Origin: Lama glama
Lineage: Eukaryota
Length of the DNA: 64,000 nucleotides
NCBI GenBank assembly: GCA_028534125.1
Contig: CM052816.1
Location: forward strand, 14,572,001 to 14,636,000
Direction: 5' to 3'
Below, in pieces: positions 22,600-36,149 of this stretch (position 1 is the first letter of the stretch; every line of letters begins with the position of its first letter). Under the pieces are notes generated by a model. That model saw nothing but the letters and a program-made list of their open reading frames with translations. It made no database searches and was not told the origin of the DNA. The translations under genes and the position numbers were made by a program.

Positions 22600-22960
22600 G
22601 GTAGGGGAATAGACTAGCTTTTACCCCCTAGTCAGAGGCCACCCTAGTCTTCACCAAGGACAAGATTTTGCTTCAGCTTCAGCTGTCAGTCAACAGCAAG
22701 CTTCAGACCTAGGTACACTTCGAGTCTTAAACCCAGCTCCTAATAGGGGGCTAAGCCTCAGATCTGGACTAAATCTTCAGGCCCTGGAAGTGGAGACAGC
22801 TACAGCCTAGTCTCAGCTCTGAAGCTCTCTCTAGGAAACTAGACTCAGCCCCAGATCAAAAACCAGCTCCTATGGTAGATCTAGCCTTAATCTCAGGCTG
22901 TATTTGCAAAACAGCCTCAGACTCAACCTCCAGCCTGAAGCCTAACCACAGGGTTTAGGG
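22600..22960 (+). repeat. Degenerate cagcct/ctcag/ctag-rich tract
   Basis: Recurrent cagctc, cagcct, ctcag units. Confidence 0.4.
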
Positions 22961-23494
22961 CAGTGAGGGAGCTGGAAACTTGGAAGCAGTGCCAATAATA
23001 GCTTGTTTGGTTTGGGGAATATGGCTGGGTGGGGGGGACAGCTGGTTGTTCCCTTTGGACCAGATCACTGTAGTTTTATTCCACTGCCCTTCTGCTTGTT
23101 GTAAGGACCTAGCTGAGGGCTCACCCCAAGAGTTTATGGAAAGGAGTGTGGTGGGGGGAGCCTCTGAGAGACTTTGACTCATGTGAATACAAGGCCACAA
23201 TTTCCGTCAGATTTCCCTCAATGCCCAATAAAAGATGGACCAAGGCAAGTGATTTGTCCAGCAAACATCAGTACTGCCTTGCAATGTGCCAGGATCTGGG
23301 CACAGGGAGAGCATCCCCGAAAAGCCAGGTCTGTCTAAGGGCGGGTAGGAGCAGACCAGCATAAACATCTGAGCAGCACCTAACTACTGAGTAGGCATCT
23401 ATGCCCAGCCCTGTGCTTCTCAGATTATCTCACTGCATCATTACAGCCCTGCAAGGTACACACTGCTATTATTCTCATTTTATGTATTAAATAA

Positions 23495-24300
23495 CATTTT
23501 ATTATTACAGAGGCAATACATGTGCATTGTGGAAAATTTTAAAACACAGCAAAAAGATAAAAAGAAAACCATCACTTTTCTACCATTAATCACACCTTCC
23601 TGTACATCCCTCCAGATCTTGTTCTTACATATAAGTATCTTTTTACCAAAATGTAATCACTTTATACACACATGCTGCTTCATCATCACCTTTTTTCAGT
23701 CAACAATCTCCACCTTTCCATTTCAGTAAATTTTCATCCTTTTAAATATCCAGACCATATACAAATCTCCCCAGTTGCCCCCCGAAAGTCCTTTATGGAT
23801 GGCTTGTCAGAATCCAATACCTGGCCACACGTGGCATCTGATCATTATGTGCATTAAATTGCTTAAGATTGTGCATTCCCCCATTTTTTTTCCTCTGCCA
23901 CAGACCCATGAAATATCCAAGTCAGTTTTGCTACAGAATATCCCTCCTTCCAGATATCTAGTTACTTTCTCGTGCTAGTTACTTTCATTGTTTCCAATAA
24001 ACTAGAAGTTAGATCTGAAGGCTAGAATGATTCAAGTGAAATGTCTTTGTCTAGAGCACATGGGTGGTGATGTCATGCACTTCACTTCCCACCACATCGG
24101 AAGACATATAACATCTCATTCATCCACTCTTAGAGATGCCCAGATGAAAAACCAGCAAATGATAGTTATGGTTCTCTCAGCTCTTGGCTTCCAGAAAGTA
24201 GTGTTTGTGGGTTACTCTGGCATCAAACAAATGCCAAAGTCCCCATCAACTATTCCTCTAAGAGTTTTTAATGCCAATCCACAACACTTGTCTGATTTTT
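23495..24300 (-). mobile_element. Old L1M (L1MC/L1ME-like) fragments
   Basis: aatacatgtgcattgtggaaaatttt, ttccaataaactagaagttagatctgaaggct...gattcaa; AT-rich block splitting a minus MIR (23400-23490 and 24300-24400). Confidence 0.6.
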
Positions 24301-24594
24301 AAAGATGAGAAAACTGAGACTCAGATGGAGGAAGAGAGCTAGGCAAGTTCACACAATCAGCAAATTAGGACTCTGACTAGAAATCCAGTTTTCGTCCTCT
24401 CTCCCATTATACTGAGCTTGGTGCACAGGAATTACCGGGTACACACTTGAATGCATGGAAATCTGCAGGAAAGGGGTTTCCCTCTTTATAGACAAGGATG
24501 ACCAGAGGTGGAAAATGTTCTTGGTGAGGCCCAACCTGGGTCTGAGTGTTGATGCCACTAATGACGCTGCCAGCAAAGAAACTTTGCACCTATA

Positions 24595-24800
24595 AGGCAG
24601 CCCATGCTAAGCGCTTTATCAGCCTTAGCTTCTTTGATCCTCTCAACAAACCAGCAAGGTATGCACCATTACTACCCCTCCCCCTACTTTACAGATGAGG
24701 AAAAAGAGGCTCAGAGAGGTAAAGCAGTAGCCTAAGGCCACACAGCTAGTGATCAACAGAGCCACGATTAGTTCTGACTCCAAAATCCAGGCACTTTACC
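24595..24800 (-). mobile_element. MIR SINE
   Basis: ttacagatgaggaaaaagaggctcagagaggtaaag...cctaaggccacacagctagt. Confidence 0.85.
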
Positions 24801-27354
24801 CCTACCCTGACCTGTCTTCCCAAGCTGGTCTCCCTCCTAGGCTTAAGGCTGGAGCAAGAGAGGCTTTGGGCCACCTCCTTGCAGGGGCTGTTTCTGACTC
24901 TGCCCACATCCTCTGTGGCCATGTGTCAGCATCTCCTGGGGCAAAGAGGGTTCCCTGGGTCTCCTGTGCTGCCCTCTACCCACCAAGTACCTCTCTCCAT
25001 CTATGAAACTGCCAGAGTCTGACCTGGTTCCTCCAGCCTCTGCACCCAGTTAATCCCCTCTAAGCTCCATTCCCCTCGCCCCACCTCCCCTAAACCCACT
25101 CTAGGGCTTTAATGCCCCCATCAGAGCCCTTCACACATGCACATTAACCCACAGTTATGAAACACTTCCTTTTTCTCACTTTTATGCAGTTGGACCCCAA
25201 AACCACCCTTTGAGGGAGGCAGGGATCACGTGCTCCGTTTCACAAAGACAGACATTGAGGTTTGTTGAGCCCAGAGCTGCCACGCCCCTCCCGCAGTCAC
25301 ATTTTCAAGGCAGGACCTAGGCCCTTGGGCCACTTCAGACCAACCCCAGAAGATAGAACTTTGCTGCTGTTTGGAATGTGAGGCTTGCCCCTGGGAGGGG
25401 CCTCTGGCCTGAGCCCGTGTGAGTCTGGAGCAGAGGTGATGTGGTCAGTCTCGCCTCCTCCAGCCCTGTCAGGGAGCACCTCTCTGTAATGTCACCAGCA
25501 CTGAGGGCATCCTGGGAAATGTCAACAAATGCTGACTTGGGTCCCTTGGCAGAGGGCGGAGCCAGCCTTCATCTGCAGAGCCTCCCTCCATCAGCAACCT
25601 GTTCCCAGCAGCAGAAGAAACAGATGCCAAAGAGCCCTCAGGGCTAGTCCAACTCCACGATTCTATAAACGTGGGAACTGACAGCAAGTTGATGATTTTT
25701 TTCTTTGGAGACATTGAGGATTAGTGATGGATCTTCACCCAGCCAGCTCCCACTCTCTCTTATTGCCTATCCTCCTCCAAGCCCTGGAACCTGCACCTCC
25801 TTTAGTCAAGATGCCGATTTCCAGCAGTGGAGGGAGCAGAGGGAGGGCCTGTGAAGCAGTTTAGGGCCCTGGGCCCAGCACTGAGGGCTGCAGTAAGGAG
25901 AACAGCTTGAACCAGCCGCCTCGCCGGCCTCTGCCCTCCCTACCCACTCACCGCACTGACACCTGGACCAGGCTCTTCCTACCGCCTCCAGAATAGAGAA
26001 AATAAAGGTCCCTGCTGAATGGCGGAGCGTGGGCTGAGGCAGTGACACAGTGGTCTCCATGTACGCTGGGAAGCCACCACCCTCTCCAGGCTCTGAGTGG
26101 CTCGTTCTCCTGCTGTCTCTCACCTTCTCTCTGTGGGAGCCTCTCCCTCCATCACCCTCTGTATCATAACCAGGGAAGGCTGCTTCTTGACCCAACCCAG
26201 GCAGTCCCAGTGAGGCTTCATCCATTCATTTTCACCTCTACTGGGTGCAAAGGACCCTGCATCACCATCTGTCCCCAGGGCCCTGGGGAGTCTAGACCCT
26301 CTGTTTCCAGCTGCAGACCTCGCATCCTTCTCTGTCCTGGCCCCCTTCCAGCTGTAGTGTACAGTGCATGCCGAGTCCTCTCTGGGCTGCTTCTGTCCAT
26401 TGGCACTGAGAACAGAAGCCGAGGAGGGGAGAACCTGGCTCTCTTTGTGCTTACCCACCAGGCCTGCCACATCACAGGGACACAGTAAATAGTCACAGAG
26501 GAAAGAAATACTGAGATCCCATTATCAGGCCTGACTGTGCCTAATAGTCTGCACTTCTGCCTCGAAACACTTTGAGGTTGACCTTCCCCAAGGACTCTAA
26601 GCTTCCTGAAGGCAGGGACCATGTCTTTCTGATTCCCTTCTGCATCCTTAGGGATTAACTCAGTACCTGGCCCACAGCTGGCACCTAATAAATCTGGATG
26701 GTAGGAAGTATGTGAGTGGGTGGATGGAGGGATACACAAATGGATGAATAATCTAGGTAGGTGATTTTTATCCTCTTCTTATGATGAGGAACTGAGACTC
26801 AGAAAGAATAGATACCTGGAAAAGGCTTCCCAGATGTTAGATGGTAGAGTCAGGATTTTAATGCAGGAAAAGCTGGCCCAGGAGGCTTGGAGCTACTGAC
26901 CGGGTATAGGTGATGAGGGTGGGGTAGGGAGCTGGATGCGGAAGCCTCAAGGCTGCAGCCCAGGCAGTGGAGCCTCTGCCCGGGAGGAAGGACTTTCCTG
27001 GAATTATCCTGCCTCCAGGTGGGGAAGCAGGGAAGCCTAATTGGTTTTTTGAGCTCCTGAAGATGGGTCCATAAATCATGGCTCCATTTAAGACACGGGC
27101 TCCTCCTCTCTGGAGACCCGGGTGTGACTTGATACACATTCCCAGTGACATGGGGAGGCTTGCAGACGCCACGTGCAGGTGCCTGTGCCACCCTTTCCCA
27201 GAATAGAAGGCACCACCACTCAATAGGACGTGCCAGTCTGGTGCAGCGTGTGAGGTGTGCAGCCGGCAGGAAGAGCAACGGGGGAGGAGACCTGGGAAAG
27301 GCAGCGAGCCCAGAGTGGGAGGGTGGGAGCCAAATAGCCTTCTTTTGGTGAATT

Positions 27355-27870
27355 CAATCCCATTCACTGTTTATTGAGTGCCTACCTTGTGCCAGACACT
27401 GTGCTGGGCGCTGAGGCCCCCGGGATAGCTCAGATGCAGGAGAGAGAGAGGGAGAGGCAGCTGGAGAGACAATAATCACAACACGGGTGATAAATGCTTG
27501 AGAGGGATGTACAAAGTGCTCTGGGAGCTCAGAGCACCAGGCCATTAATTCTTCCCCTGGTGGAGAAGGATCTGGAAGACTTCATCGAGGAGGAGGTGTT
27601 TCAGCTGTGTTTGGTCAGCTCAGAGGTTGGCAGAGGGAAGGCAGGGCATTTCAGGCAGAGGTGAGCATGTGCAAAGGAAGCAGGAAACTTCTGGATGGCT
27701 GGAGCGGAGGGGAGGCAGAGGACAAACTGGACAGGGAGCCTCGGGCTAGAATTTGCAAGGCCATGAATGGTCCTACTAGAGAGTTTGGACTTGATCCAGT
27801 CGTGGGCAAAGGGGAGCCATTGAAGAATTTTAAACAGGGGTGTGACAGGACCAGATTTGTGTTTCCAAAA
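27355..27870 (-). mobile_element. L2 LINE 3' region
   Basis: tttattgagtgcctaccttgtgccagacactgtgctggg...gagtttggacttgatcc...ggggagccattgaagaattttaaacagggg. Confidence 0.8.
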
Positions 27871-28388
27871 GCCTTCTCAGGGGGAGATAGACTGAACCAG
27901 GACGGTGGCCAAGGGGCAGAGAGAAAAGAATGGATTCTGGGGACATTTTGGAAGAAAATGGACAGGACTTTTTCCTCCCTAAGTAATTATTTTCAACCTT
28001 CTTGCTTTTCAACCCAGGCTCTGGGTTCCCCTGGGGAGGAGGGCCGCTCCCTCCTTTCCCGGTCTGATGCAGGCGTCTGCATTCACAGAGCTGAGTTATA
28101 AGGTCTGACTGACTGACGAGAACAGAGCAGCAGAACTGACGAGAACAAAGCAGAGCCCTGCTCTGAGGATGAGCTGGTGACTTCTCTCCAGCCCAGTCCA
28201 CAAGCCCCAGAGCAGGGCAAAGCTTAGCCCGGGCCAGTGGGGAAGATTCAAGCAGCCCACCACTCCCTCTCTTCCCTTCTCTCCCTCTCCTCCCTCTCCC
28301 TCCTCCCCAGAGCCCAAGCTTTCTTGCTGGGAGGCTCTCAGAGCCAACAGAGCTGTGGGTGAAATGGTTCGGTGGCTCCAGCCCAGCT

Positions 28389-28402
28389 GCTACCATGGCA
28401 AC
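28389..28402. promoter_or_regulatory. RFX X-box-like site
   Basis: GCTACCATGGCAAC. Confidence 0.4.
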
Positions 28403-28889
28403 CAGGCTGCCTGCCAGACCCACAGTCAGGAGCAGGCCCAGCTTTCCTGCTCCAGAACTACAATTCCCAGAATGCAAAGCACCTGGGGCTCTGAAAGAAA
28501 ACCACCGCTTAGATGGGTGTCCAGCCAGAGGCTTCCAGCTTGGAAGAGGACACATATGGGCACCCCCAGGGGAACACAGTACAGAATGTGGGAAATGGAG
28601 TGGGGGGAGAGGGCAAGAGATACTTCTAGGGGAGGCCTGGGAACCCCTTCTAATGGTGGCCCAGTAGACAGCCCAGAAGAGGTAATGGTTACAAGAAAGT
28701 GCAAAAGCTCAGTGTGGGTAAGAGTCTTGGTTTTACCACCAACCTGTGGTGTTGCATAAAAACTTTTGCTCAAAAACTGTCCACTACTCTCATTCTCCAC
28801 CAGCACCTTTGTGGTCTGAGCCTGGATGGCTACAATGCTTATTGGTCTCTTTGCCTCCACTCAAGCCCCTCCCTTCCTTCTTCGACTGA

Positions 28890-29490
28890 AGCCTGAATGA
28901 CCTTTTCAAAATGCAGTTCTGATTATATCACTGCTGCCTATGTCTGCCCCCCTGCTGTTTAAACTCTTCAGTGTTTAAACCCTTTGCTCTTGGATGAAGA
29001 AATAAATTCCTTACCTCACTTGACAAGGCCCTGCATGGTCTGGCTTCTGCCTGTTTTCTAGCCTCCCCATTCACCTCACACACTCCAAATTTTCTGGACT
29101 TCTAGTAGAAGCCATGCTCCTTCCTGCCACAGGGCCTTCGCACATGCTGTTCTATCTCTGCAGAACACATTCTTCCACTCTTGCTCTACACAACCTTCTC
29201 TGTCTCAGAGAAATATGATCTTCTCAGAAAACTTCCCTGACCCAATGAACTTGACCAACCCCCACCTTTATGTACTCTTGTTAGCACTGTGAGCCTCTAT
29301 AAAGCACCTGTCACAGTTGCAGTTTTACAGTAATTTGTATGATTATTTGACAGCTATCCATCTTACCACCAGATTGCAGCCTCTGTGAGAGAAGAGTAAG
29401 TGCCTTTCTGCCTGCCACTGCATCTCAGGGTCTAGCACCTTGCCTGACAAATAGCAGATGCTCACAAACCATTTATTGAAACAAATGAAT
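28890..29490 (+). mobile_element. L2 LINE 3' region
   Basis: caaggccctgcatggtctggct...cctgccacagggccttcgcacatgctgttc...atttattgaaacaaatgaatg. Confidence 0.8.
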
Positions 29491-29494
29491 GCGT

Positions 29495-29825
29495 ACCATG
29501 GGCCAGAGATACAGCAGTGGACCAGACACACAGGTGTGGTCCCTCCTGCCGGGGAGTTCACAGTCTAATTAGGAAGACAGACACTGAATATATAATGATG
29601 CAAGTGCTGAGGGTTGCAAACAGCAAAGAATGTAGAGGCTTGGTAGCCCAGAGCCAAGGAATCTGGAAAGACCCACCAGAAAAAAGAGGTAGTAGTTATC
29701 AGATGAACAAGGTGGAAAAGTGTAAAAGAACACTGCAGGCAGAGGGGGAGCATGAGGGAGGGTGCTACTGAGGCAGAAGAGAGCATGCAGTGTTTGAGGC
29801 ATGAAGTAAGGCCAGAGCTGCCGGA
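29495..29825 (-). mobile_element. L2 LINE fragment, tail-to-tail with the preceding L2
   Basis: ggagttcacagtcta...ggaagacagaca...caggcagagggggagcatg. Confidence 0.6.
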
Positions 29826-30093
29826 TCACAGAGTGAATGGGAGATGGTGTTAGCATCAACTATGTGCTTTGATTTTACTGGGCTGAAGTGGCATCACATG
29901 AGCTATCTTTTGAAACTGGCTGGCCCTTGTCTTCCATACCCCCTCCACTCTGCTTCAGGCCCAGATAGAGGTCCAGCATATCCAGGTTGTCTAACTGCTC
30001 GGCACACTGTCCTTAACCTCTGAGCTGTATTTCAGGTGTTCTGTGCGGGCCTTGCCTGGTGTCTGGTATGATGGAGCTGTGACATTAGGGGGT

Positions 30094-30130
30094 TGTGTGT
30101 GTGTGTGTGTGTGTTTGAGTGTGTGTGTGT
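30094..30130. repeat. (TG)n microsatellite
   Basis: Direct reading. Confidence 0.9.
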
Positions 30131-30667
30131 ATGGGGGGCATATGCTAGGGGAGCAGTCAATCAATCCTGGAGCATACACTGCTGACAAGTCTGGGAGCGG
30201 GGTGTCCCTTGAAGAGGCAATGAGGTTGGCCTGGGGCTTGGGGATGGGCGCACAGCTTGCCTGGGAAATGAGGCATGACTTACCAGCTGCAGAGACTTCT
30301 ATGGGAGGGGAGCAGAGGCCCCTGGGCATGGGGCAGGGAGGGCTCTTTCTCTTCCTCACATCTGTTGCTGTCCTCCTCTTCCTTTAGGGTCTTGGTTCAG
30401 GGTGGGGAACCGTCCCCAGCTGGTTGAGTCCTTCCTTTCCTTCCTTTGAATTTGGGGGCTCCCCCATAAGTAGCTCCCAGTATGTGGGTAAAATGAGGTG
30501 GGACCTGGCTGGAAATAATGGATGTTAGCTTCTTCATTCCACAGCAGCAAGTATTCCAATCACTACCCTTCCAACACACGCGTACGCACACATGCACTAA
30601 GCAGCCAAGATCCCCAGTTCAGTTGGGATCTCCCTGGAGCAAGAGCCCCAGTTCACCCATTCCCCAA

Positions 30668-30795
30668 AGTAATGTTTCTCAAAAACATGATCTTCAGACC
30701 CACTGCATCAGAATCACATGGAATGCCTGTGAAAATGCAAGTTGCCAGGGGACTCTGGTGCAGTGGTTCACAGATCACATTTTGAAAAGCTTTGT
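30668..30795 (+). mobile_element. MER5A-like fragment, internally deleted
   Basis: tttctcaaa...cagacccactgcatcagaatcacatgg...aaaatgcaa...gatcacattttga. Confidence 0.6.
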
Positions 30796-30984
30796 CCTAG
30801 AGGACACCTAATTCTGTCTGCATAACTACTGAAGCATTCCCTTTCCCAGAAATGTCTCCCCAAACCCAGCCAGTGATGGTATCCTTGACGATCCAACCGT
30901 AGGCTATGGACCCTCCCCTTCAAGGCCAAACCTCTTCCAGAGGGGCAAGCCAGCCCTGCCCTTCAGCCCTGCCACATCATGCAG

Positions 30985-31235
30985 TCTATAAACATTCACC
31001 AAGGACCTACTAAGTGCTAAGTGCTGGGATCATGGGAAGAACATGGTGGCCATGACCCCTGTCCTCATATGTCTTCTAATTTAGGAGTGAGGACAACTAT
31101 TATAGAAGCAAACAAATAAGCAAGATAATAGTAGAAAGTGCTATGAAGATGATGCAACAGTGTTATCTGAAAAAAATTCCCTGCTTAAATCTGGGTTCAG
31201 GGAAGGCCCTTGTGGAGAATAAGGTTTTGGAAGTG
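30985..31235 (-). mobile_element. L2 LINE fragment
   Basis: acctactaagtgctaagtgctggga...cagggaaggcc. Confidence 0.55.
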
Positions 31236-31659
31236 AAAGAAAAAAACCCTTGCTGTCCCTTTGCTCTCGTTTTTTGTCTCTCCCTTTTTTCTTTCATTTC
31301 TTTTACCTCAGCTTGGCGTTCTGTTTTTCTGGTTAAACTCCCTCTTTGTCTTGTTTCTTTTCTCCTCCTCTGCTTCCCTCCCTCCCTCCCTCCCTCTCCC
31401 ATTGCCTCCCTCTTCTTCCCACTCCACCTCCCTCTCTGCTGCTGCCTCCAGAGAAACAGAAGAAACCAGATCCCTCTGCCTCTCAGGCCAGGCAGCAATA
31501 ATTGAGCTGTGGGCTTGCTCAGCAGCTGGACCTGAGAGCAGGGTAGAGGAGGAGAGTGAGGAGGTCAGAGGGGAGCTGGAGGCGGAGAGGAGCTGGAGGG
31601 ATGGGGCAGGGAGGGGCCTCCGGAGGGTGAGGACACTCAGGGGGCTGGAGGTGGCTGCT

Positions 31660-31960
31660 GAGCCAGGTAATCTAATCAGGGCTGAGTCATAAAGACCGCT
31701 CACTCCTGTGCACAGGACTGGCCTAGGAAATCACATTAATTTGAAGAGGGTGTAAAATCCCCCGAGATTCCCCTCTCTCCACCACACACATGAAGATAAA
31801 CTGTCTTCAGCCTCCAATATGATCTTACAACAGCTTGTCAGTGACAAAACAGCCTCAAATCCTCCCATTTATCAAACGGCCAGTCCTGTTAGCAGCTTAA
31901 AAGAGACATAATTACCTGCGGCCTTTTGTGTGATTCTTTATACTAACGCCACTTCCTTCT
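31660..31960. promoter_or_regulatory. Enhancer-like block
   Basis: TAATCTAATCA (31668-31678), AP-1 TGAGTCA (31683-31689), further TAAT, GATAA and TGACA motifs. Confidence 0.45.
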
Positions 31961-34900
31961 TCCTGGCAGAGTTCCAGAACGTGAGCTCAGAATTCATTCC
32001 TGGTGACTGGGGAGATCATCAGAGATGTTAAAGTTGGGGACAAAAGGGGATGGTTGAGGTGGAGCATTCTGCACCATTGTATGTGGGTCAGCACCATGGA
32101 CAGGGCCAGGGCTGGGAACCTGGGAGTGGTGGTCTGGATGGTGCGGTGAGGGGCCAAGCCTTTACAGAGAGGGCAGTGGAGCCTCAGCCCATGGTGCATC
32201 AGCACTGATACTGGGGACAGGGCATAGAACACTGTTTGGCCTGTAGATCAGTAATTTGGGTAGAATGCTCCATACTCAGGCAGAGTCAGGAGTCCCTTCT
32301 CTTGACTTCAGAATGGCTGACACATTTTGGGTTTTCATGGCTTCAGAATCTGCCATGCTGCCACCACGGAGAATAATAATGCTAGTTAGGAAAAGCTAAC
32401 ATTTACTGAATGTTTGCTATGGGCTAGGCTCTAAGTTCTCTAAAGATATAATCTTAATATAAACCTCATGTAAATCAATTATATGATCCCATTTTATAGA
32501 TGAAGAGGTGAGTGTGGCTAAATCACTTTCCAGGTCATCCAGAGCTGATTTAGACTTGTGGTGTGTGGGCTGGGCTGCTTCTAAGGCAGGCTCTGGCCAT
32601 GAGAGATCAGTTCTGTGGCTCTGGGTTGGTCTCTCTCCCTCTCTGCACTTCTTGCTGTTCCTCAGGGAGCTGTATCAAGGCAGATCTCTGCTCTCACAGC
32701 TTTGGGGAGAAGAATGGGAGAACCACATGATGAGACTTTGCCCTACATGAGAAATAAGGCACTCTGGAAACTAGTGTCTCTCTCACCAGGGCTGCTCTAC
32801 AAACTACCTCCATTCCCCTAGCCCCTCCCTCTCTCTGCTCTTCCTAGGTCCCTCACCTCCACCCATTCCAAGAGGCCACTTCACCCTCTTCTCCGACTTC
32901 CCAATGCCAATGTCCTTCTTGCTACTAGCTTTCCCCACACTCCTTTCCCTTTTCCAGCAGATTCACAGGAATCCTATCCTGGGAGGAAACCACCTGAGTC
33001 CATTTGGAAGCCAGTTAAAGAAGCCGAAAGTGAGATAGATAGCAAGAGACAGATGAAAGATGGACTGAAAATGAATTTTGAAGCACTGTTGAGTTAATGA
33101 TCGTGGTCAAATCCTGTTGAGAGACAAGGCCAGGATTAACCATCTGGGAGTATCTCACAGAATTTCTAGAGCTCAGCTTTAACTCTGCTGGCTCCCCCTA
33201 CACACCAGCCCTCCATCCTCACCTCTCTCCTTTCCTGTGCTGCCTCCCAGACTAGCATTCTCTCTCCCACCCCACCCAGCTTCAGGGCATTCATCACTTG
33301 GGTTAGTGATTTATTAAAGGCTACGACAATCGCTGCCTGGCAAAAATCAATCTATGAAGAATGGGACCAACCCAGGGCCCCCTGTTCTCCTGAGCCCCCA
33401 CCATCAATCTGCCCCAAAGGAATTCAATGACTCCAACATCAGCATTGCCCACCCTGACCTCACTCTTACCCCAGCCTTGGGTGGGTCTCTGGATCCCTTC
33501 CTGTCCTTAGAGAGAAGGGAGAGAGGGAAGGAGGACAGAAGTAGAGAAAGAAAGAGAGAGAGAGGTGAATTAGTGCCTTCTCTTAGATGTTTATTTTGTT
33601 GTTTTTAAGTGAGAAAGTCCCAGCTCTATTAAATGCAATCAATACTTGGCCCAAGAGAAGCTTCCCTTCTCTGAGACATTTGAAATCTGGTCAAATCATT
33701 TTGCCCCAATACAAAGTAATTTATCAATTTCAAAACCCTTCTAATCAGAGGCTGTGGAGTCCCCATTTCTACCTGCAGGACACATATGTGCACACACAGA
33801 GCTGTGCACAAACTCCTCTATTCTCTCTGCAAAACCCCCTCCCACCTCCCAAGGACTGCAGAATGTCTTCCCCTCAGCTCAGCCTCCAGGCTGGGTGCCA
33901 TCCTCAGTATCTCCAGCCCAGCCTGTGTTCTCCTAGCCTGCAGGTCTGCAGTGTTCAGCCCTGGGGAGGTGGCGGTGGGCACAGGCCCAGCCACAGCACT
34001 CTGCTGAGTGCACTCCTCCTTATCTGGTGAAACAGCCGAATTAGGGCAATTCCTGTTCAGACAGAGCCCAGAACTGGAGCCCCGAGGGGCTGGAAGGGGC
34101 TCAGAGGCACCAAAGTATTTCCCTAGGACCCTGGCTCTAGTCTCCAAGGGGAAGCAGGCTCAGCTGGCTAGAGCGGGCTTTGCTGGCTGAACCTGGGGAT
34201 GATGTCACAATACTCCCCTGCCTCTGAAGCTGTGATTTTTGCCCTCCAGGACAGCCTGTGTCTAAAGGGAGATTGCAACAGTGGCAAAATCACCTTGCAA
34301 CTCACCCGCCTGCTCCCAGGAAGAGTTGCTGGAGCCGTTGCCACTCCATTAGACTGGGTTCTTGGTGGGCCTTTTGTGACCACCAGCTGCACTGGCCAGA
34401 CGGGCCACTGACCTATGGGGAGGGGCCACCCACTGAATGATTCAAATGCTCTCCCTACAATGGAAAGAAAAGTGAGGAAAGCGAGCCCCCAGGGCTCTGA
34501 ACAAAGTGATATTAAACTAGAGTGAGCACAGAGCCCTACAGCTTATGAGGCATTTTAATATTAACTGTCTATTCTGTAAGAATGCTGGCGGGTAGGTATT
34601 ATGTTATTTTTTACTGGGAGAAACCAAGGTTCAGAGAGGTGGAGTCATGTGTGCCAAATGACACAGAAAGTCGGTGATAAACTTGGGTTGCCAATTCAAA
34701 TTCTCTGAATCCAAATTCTAAAATCGTTCCACATCATTTCTTCATTCATTTATCATATAAATATTGAGCCTCTTTCTTATGTCAAATGTTTAACTTTCTT
34801 CATGGCAATCTAAAGTTAGGTGACATTATCCCCTTTCTAGACTGGGAAGTAGAGACTCCATGGGGAAGTGATCTGCTCAAATAACACAGTATAAATGAGA

Positions 34901-36149
34901 GATGAAAGTAGATTAAACCCAGGTCTTCTGATCTCAGATCTGCACTCTTTCCCATTGCACCACACAGCATATCAGAGAGAGAGCCATGTAAAGAGGCCAT
35001 GTCTCTTCCTGATCCTACAAACCGTCTCAGGACAGCAGCTCCAGTCCCAGCTCCCCAGCATGACTGCAGGTAGAGATTATGAACATCATTTCTCTGGGAA
35101 TTTGAGAAGACAGTAGAAATACGGCAACAGGGGCCACACTAGCTGGAGGCGGTCCCCAGTGCTAAGTAGAGTAGAGAGGCACAGAGATCCAGGGCTGAAC
35201 CCTGCTGGGAGACAGGTGGAAACAGAGAGTTATTGAGGAGGTAACTGAGAGAGCAGCTGACTTCTGGGAACTACAGTGCCCATTACGGCTTGGATCCCCC
35301 AACCCTACCGCACTAGGGCTGAGGACTGCCCAAGCGTCCTCCAGGAGGAGATATCCCCCCTCAAAGAATGGCTGCAGTACCCACCGGCTCCAGATTCACC
35401 CTGATAGTATCCCACATTGAGGGATGAAAGCACCCCTGCAAACTGGAAAAATAACTAATGTGCTACTCCTGGACCCTGCTGCCTACGAGCGGAGGGGGCT
35501 CTTCTGGGTTAACCCAAGAACTGGGAGGAATCAATCCCCTGAACAACAACCCAAAGCAGCAGTGGGGAGAGGCTCCTCGCCTGGTGGGGGTGGAATTACA
35601 TTTCCTACAGGGTATTCTCGATGTCGCCTCTCATCACCATAATATTTACATCAAATGCAAAAGGCCTCCTCGGAATAGAACCCTGAGGTTGTAAATGCCA
35701 AATCCAAGAATGTCAGCAAATGCAAAAGATCAGGTTCTTGGAGCAGCAGTCTCTCCCTCCCCTCCAGGCAATGCCTGCCACAATGCCCCTGGGGGAGGCA
35801 GGTGGGCTCCTGAGCAGCCCTGAACCTCACCCAAGATCAGAATGGCCAGGAGCATGCAGGGAGTCCAAGGGCACCCACCTCTGGTCCTGGGATGCCAGGC
35901 AGCTTTGTCTCTTCCGCCTGGCTTCATGCAAAGTCTGAAGAAGTGTGTCTACATATACTCCCTGTGCAGAATCAGAGACCAGGCCACCTCATGGACAGAA
36001 AGACAGGGGAACTCTCTTCTGTAAATCCCAGAGCCTCAGTAATCAGGCCTCAATGTGGTCTGCAGTCCAGTTCTCTGCCCAGTGTGCCCCTCCCTCCTCC
36101 AGCTCCACCCTTGGGGCCCAGGGAAGCTTTTCTAAGGTCATGTGTCCCT

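Noticed and set aside
31143..31692. Hydrophobic or charged ORFs resembling membrane proteins
   Set aside because: Translations of CT-rich and GA-rich low-complexity tracts
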